From the NCBI GenBank assembly GCA_963772455.1, contig CAVYXJ010000007.1:160001-224000 (forward strand): DNA of 64,000 nt, given 5' to 3'. This document shows, in pieces, positions 61,676 to 64,000 of the stretch. Source of the DNA: Candidatus Bathyarchaeota archaeon (lineage in GTDB: Archaea > Thermoproteota > Bathyarchaeia > Bathyarchaeales > Bathycorpusculaceae). Position numbers and translations under genes: made by a program. The notes under the pieces were generated by a model, which made no database searches, had not been told where the DNA came from, and was given only the letters and a program-made list of their open reading frames with translations. Positions within the stretch are counted from its first letter, which is position 1, and every line of letters starts with the position of its first letter.

Positions 61676-63179
61676 CTATAACTGTGAATTTTTAAGTTTT
61701 CCGTTTTTGGAAGATTCAATTTGAGAGAAGGATTTCACGGTCGAGTTAAGGGTTTTTTCTGCAATTGCGAGGTTTTCTTGGAGTTTTGTAATATTTGCTT
61801 CTAGTCTGTGTAAGGGTTTTATTGGTTGATGTGATTGCTCTTTCGACCTCTGCGGGTGATGGACCGCCTTGAACTTTATAGGTTTCGATTAGTTTGAGTG
61901 GATTTGTGCATTCAACTATGTCTGCTTTTTTGACCGTTAATTGGATTCCGACCGATTCCTTGGCTATTTTCGTAAGTAATTCAGGTGTGGCATCAAGTAA
62001 AGTCTGTTTCGAATCAATTAGCGTTTTGACTAAAGCACCAATTATCTTGTGAGAGGTTCGGAAAGCCACCCCATATTTTTGCACGAGCATATTCGCAAGT
62101 TCAGTTGCACCCACGAATCCTGCCGCAGCCTTGCTTTCAACGTTCGAAGAGACTTTCAAGTTAGGAATAAGTTTCACAAATATTCTAAGTGAAGCCGTGA
62201 GGTTGTCAGTTGATGACCAAAGCTTAGGAGTAATTTCTTGGAAATCAAGATTGTAAGTTGATGGCAAGCTTTTGAGGGCAGCAGCTGAAGCAACGAAATC
62301 GCCCAAAGCATAACTCGCTCGTGCACGGATGACCTCTAGGACCTCGGGGTTCTTCTTCTGAGGCATGATGCTACTGGTTGATGTGAATTCGTCTGGCAAC
62401 TCAACTGTGCCGAATTCGAGTGAACTCCAGATAATTAGGTCTTCAGCTAAACGGCTTAAGTTCACCGCGAGCAACGTTAATGCTGATTGAGTTTCGATTA
62501 TGAAATCTCGGCTGCCAACCGCATCGATCGAATTCTCCAATATTGAATCGAAGCCCAAAAGTTTGGCGGTAGTTTTGCGGTTTATTGGGAAGCTTGTGGT
62601 TGCTAATGCTCCAGCGCCCAAAGGACACAAGTTAACCCGATCATAATCACTCTGCAATCTCTGCAAGTCCCGCCCTAAAGCATCTACATGCGAGAGCAAG
62701 TAATGTGCGAAGGTGACTGGTTGAGCTGCTTGAAGGTGAGTATAAGCTAAGATGATGGTTTCGGTGTGTTTGCTAGCAGTTATTAGTAAACTTTCCTGCA
62801 TTTTGAGCACTTGCTGCATGATACTTAATAATTCATTTCGCAGCGCCATTCGAATGGCTGTTGTTACTTGATCGTTTCTGCTTTTAGCGATATGGAGGTT
62901 TCCGCCAACCTCAGGTCCAGTCTCAGCTAAAACGGCTTCTTCAACTGCCATATGAACGTCTTCAGCGTTTGGGTCGAGTTTTTTGCTATCTTGTTTTTGC
63001 AACGCTTGTAGGATTTTTGCACCGTCTTGCCGATTGATAATTTTCTGTTCCATCAACATAACTACGTGTGCCTTGTTAATCGCTAAAACAGCATCAGCTA
63101 ACCGCGAATCATCTTTACGTGAGGATGTAAAGTTAGCAACGTCTTCTCGAACATTGCCCAACCGTCCTCCATGCAGCAT
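61676..63179 (-). CDS. argH: Argininosuccinate lyase (+1 frameshift near 61795)
   Basis: EDVH, SRNDQV, YTHLQ.AQP, SSIMPQKKNPE. Confidence 0.95.
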
Positions 63180-63230
63180 CTTCGACGTTTCCGTTTGACC
63201 TCCTTCAAGTTAAGTTCTTTATTGAAAAAA

Positions 63231-64000
63231 TTAGGCTTTTTTTGCCTTTGGTTTCTTGCTAGCTTTCTTCAGGGTGTTGTACATTCTTGTTTGTAATCCC
63301 CAGAGTTCGATGAAGCCTTTAGAGTAGGATTGGTTAAAGCTGGTTTTGATGTTGTAGTTTGCCAAGTTTTTGTCGTAGAGCGAGTTTGGAGAGGAGCGCC
63401 CGATAATTTGTAGGCTGCCTTTGTAAAGTTTCAGCTTGACTTCGCCGGTGACGTTTTCTTGGGATTTGTTGATGAATGCGTCTAAGTCATCTTTGAGTGG
63501 GTCAACCCACAAACCTGCGTAAGCAAGAAATACCCATTCGGCATCGATTTGCTGCTTGAACAACACTTCATGTCGAGTCATGACCATCTTCTCGAGGTCT
63601 TTGTGGGCTTCGAGAATAACGGTGGCTGCTGGGCACTCGTAGACTTCACGTGATTTTATGCCGACTAAACGGTCTTCAATATGGTCGATGCGCCCAACAC
63701 CGTTCTTGCCAGCAATCTTGTTAACTTCTTCAATGAGCTCCAATGGCATCATGCTTTTACCATTAACCCCAACCGGAACTCCAACCTCAAACTGTATAGT
63801 AACAATTTCAGGTGTGTTAGGAGCTTTTTCTGGTGAAGTTGTCCACTCATAAGCGTCTTCTGGCGGCGCTTGACTTGCATCTTCAAGTAAACCGCATTCA
63901 ATAGCTCTTCCCCATACGCTCGCGTCGATACTATATTTTTTAGCAGCATTCGAAACGGGGATTCCTTTAGTTTTGGCGTAAGCTATTTCTTCGTCTCGTG
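63231..64000 (-). CDS. argG: Argininosuccinate synthase (5'-truncated by window edge)
   Basis: Open frame to the edge: YSIDASVWGRAIECG, GVGRIDHIEDRLVGIKSREVYE. Confidence 0.96.
   Translation of the reverse strand, partial: RDEEIAYAKTKGIPVSNAAKKYSIDASVWGRAIECGLLEDASQAPPEDAYEWTTSPEKAPNTPEIVTIQFEVGVPVGVNGKSMMPLELIEEVNKIAGKNGVGRIDHIEDRLVGIKSREVYECPAATVILEAHKDLEKMVMTRHEVLFKQQIDAEWVFLAYAGLWVDPLKDDLDAFINKSQENVTGEVKLKLYKGSLQIIGRSSPNSLYDKNLANYNIKTSFNQSYSKGFIELWGLQTRMYNTLKKASKKPKAKKA

Noticed and set aside
63749-63949. 66-aa ORF suggesting an argG frameshift
   Set aside because: The argG frame is continuously open to the window edge; this ORF is an alternative-frame shadow
1-64000. CRISPR arrays, rRNA, transposases, prophage or defence genes
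   Set aside because: No repeat-spacer periodicity, rRNA-like segment or relevant protein motifs seen; the many short antisense ORFs in the track are shadows of the real genes

Overview
Archaeal chromosomal window, most consistent with Bathyarchaeia (inferred from the archaeal r-proteins eL19/eL32/eS4, Rnp1, a membrane-anchored PQQ-propeller surface protein and the DKFP aromatic pathway). Contents in order: flavodoxin and surface propeller genes; the rpl22-to-secY ribosomal cluster with an inserted Hsp20-like gene; hypEDCF; an acyl-CoA ligase; tRNA-Met(CAT) with a non-canonical variable-loop intron; Hsp20, SWIM, DUF131, RPA, MFS and LLM genes. A ~33-kb amino-acid biosynthesis block follows (cimA, ilvD, ilvBN, leuCDBA-pheA, an 11-gene aspartokinase-aro-tyrA operon, the homocysteine DUF39/NIL-Fd/UPF0280 trio, carAB, argHG). 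The best lead is an unannotated 28-aa leader ORF ending FDYYFYYYHFP, followed directly by an 11-bp hairpin with a U6 tract, just upstream of the aromatic amino-acid operon. This is the layout of bacterial leader-peptide attenuators, which to my knowledge are not experimentally established in archaea. Weaker Ile/Leu/Val-rich uORF candidates flank cimA and ilvB. About 13 single-base (+1) frameshifts after 26.8 kb are most likely sequencing insertions. All family calls come from motif recognition by eye; no searches were run.
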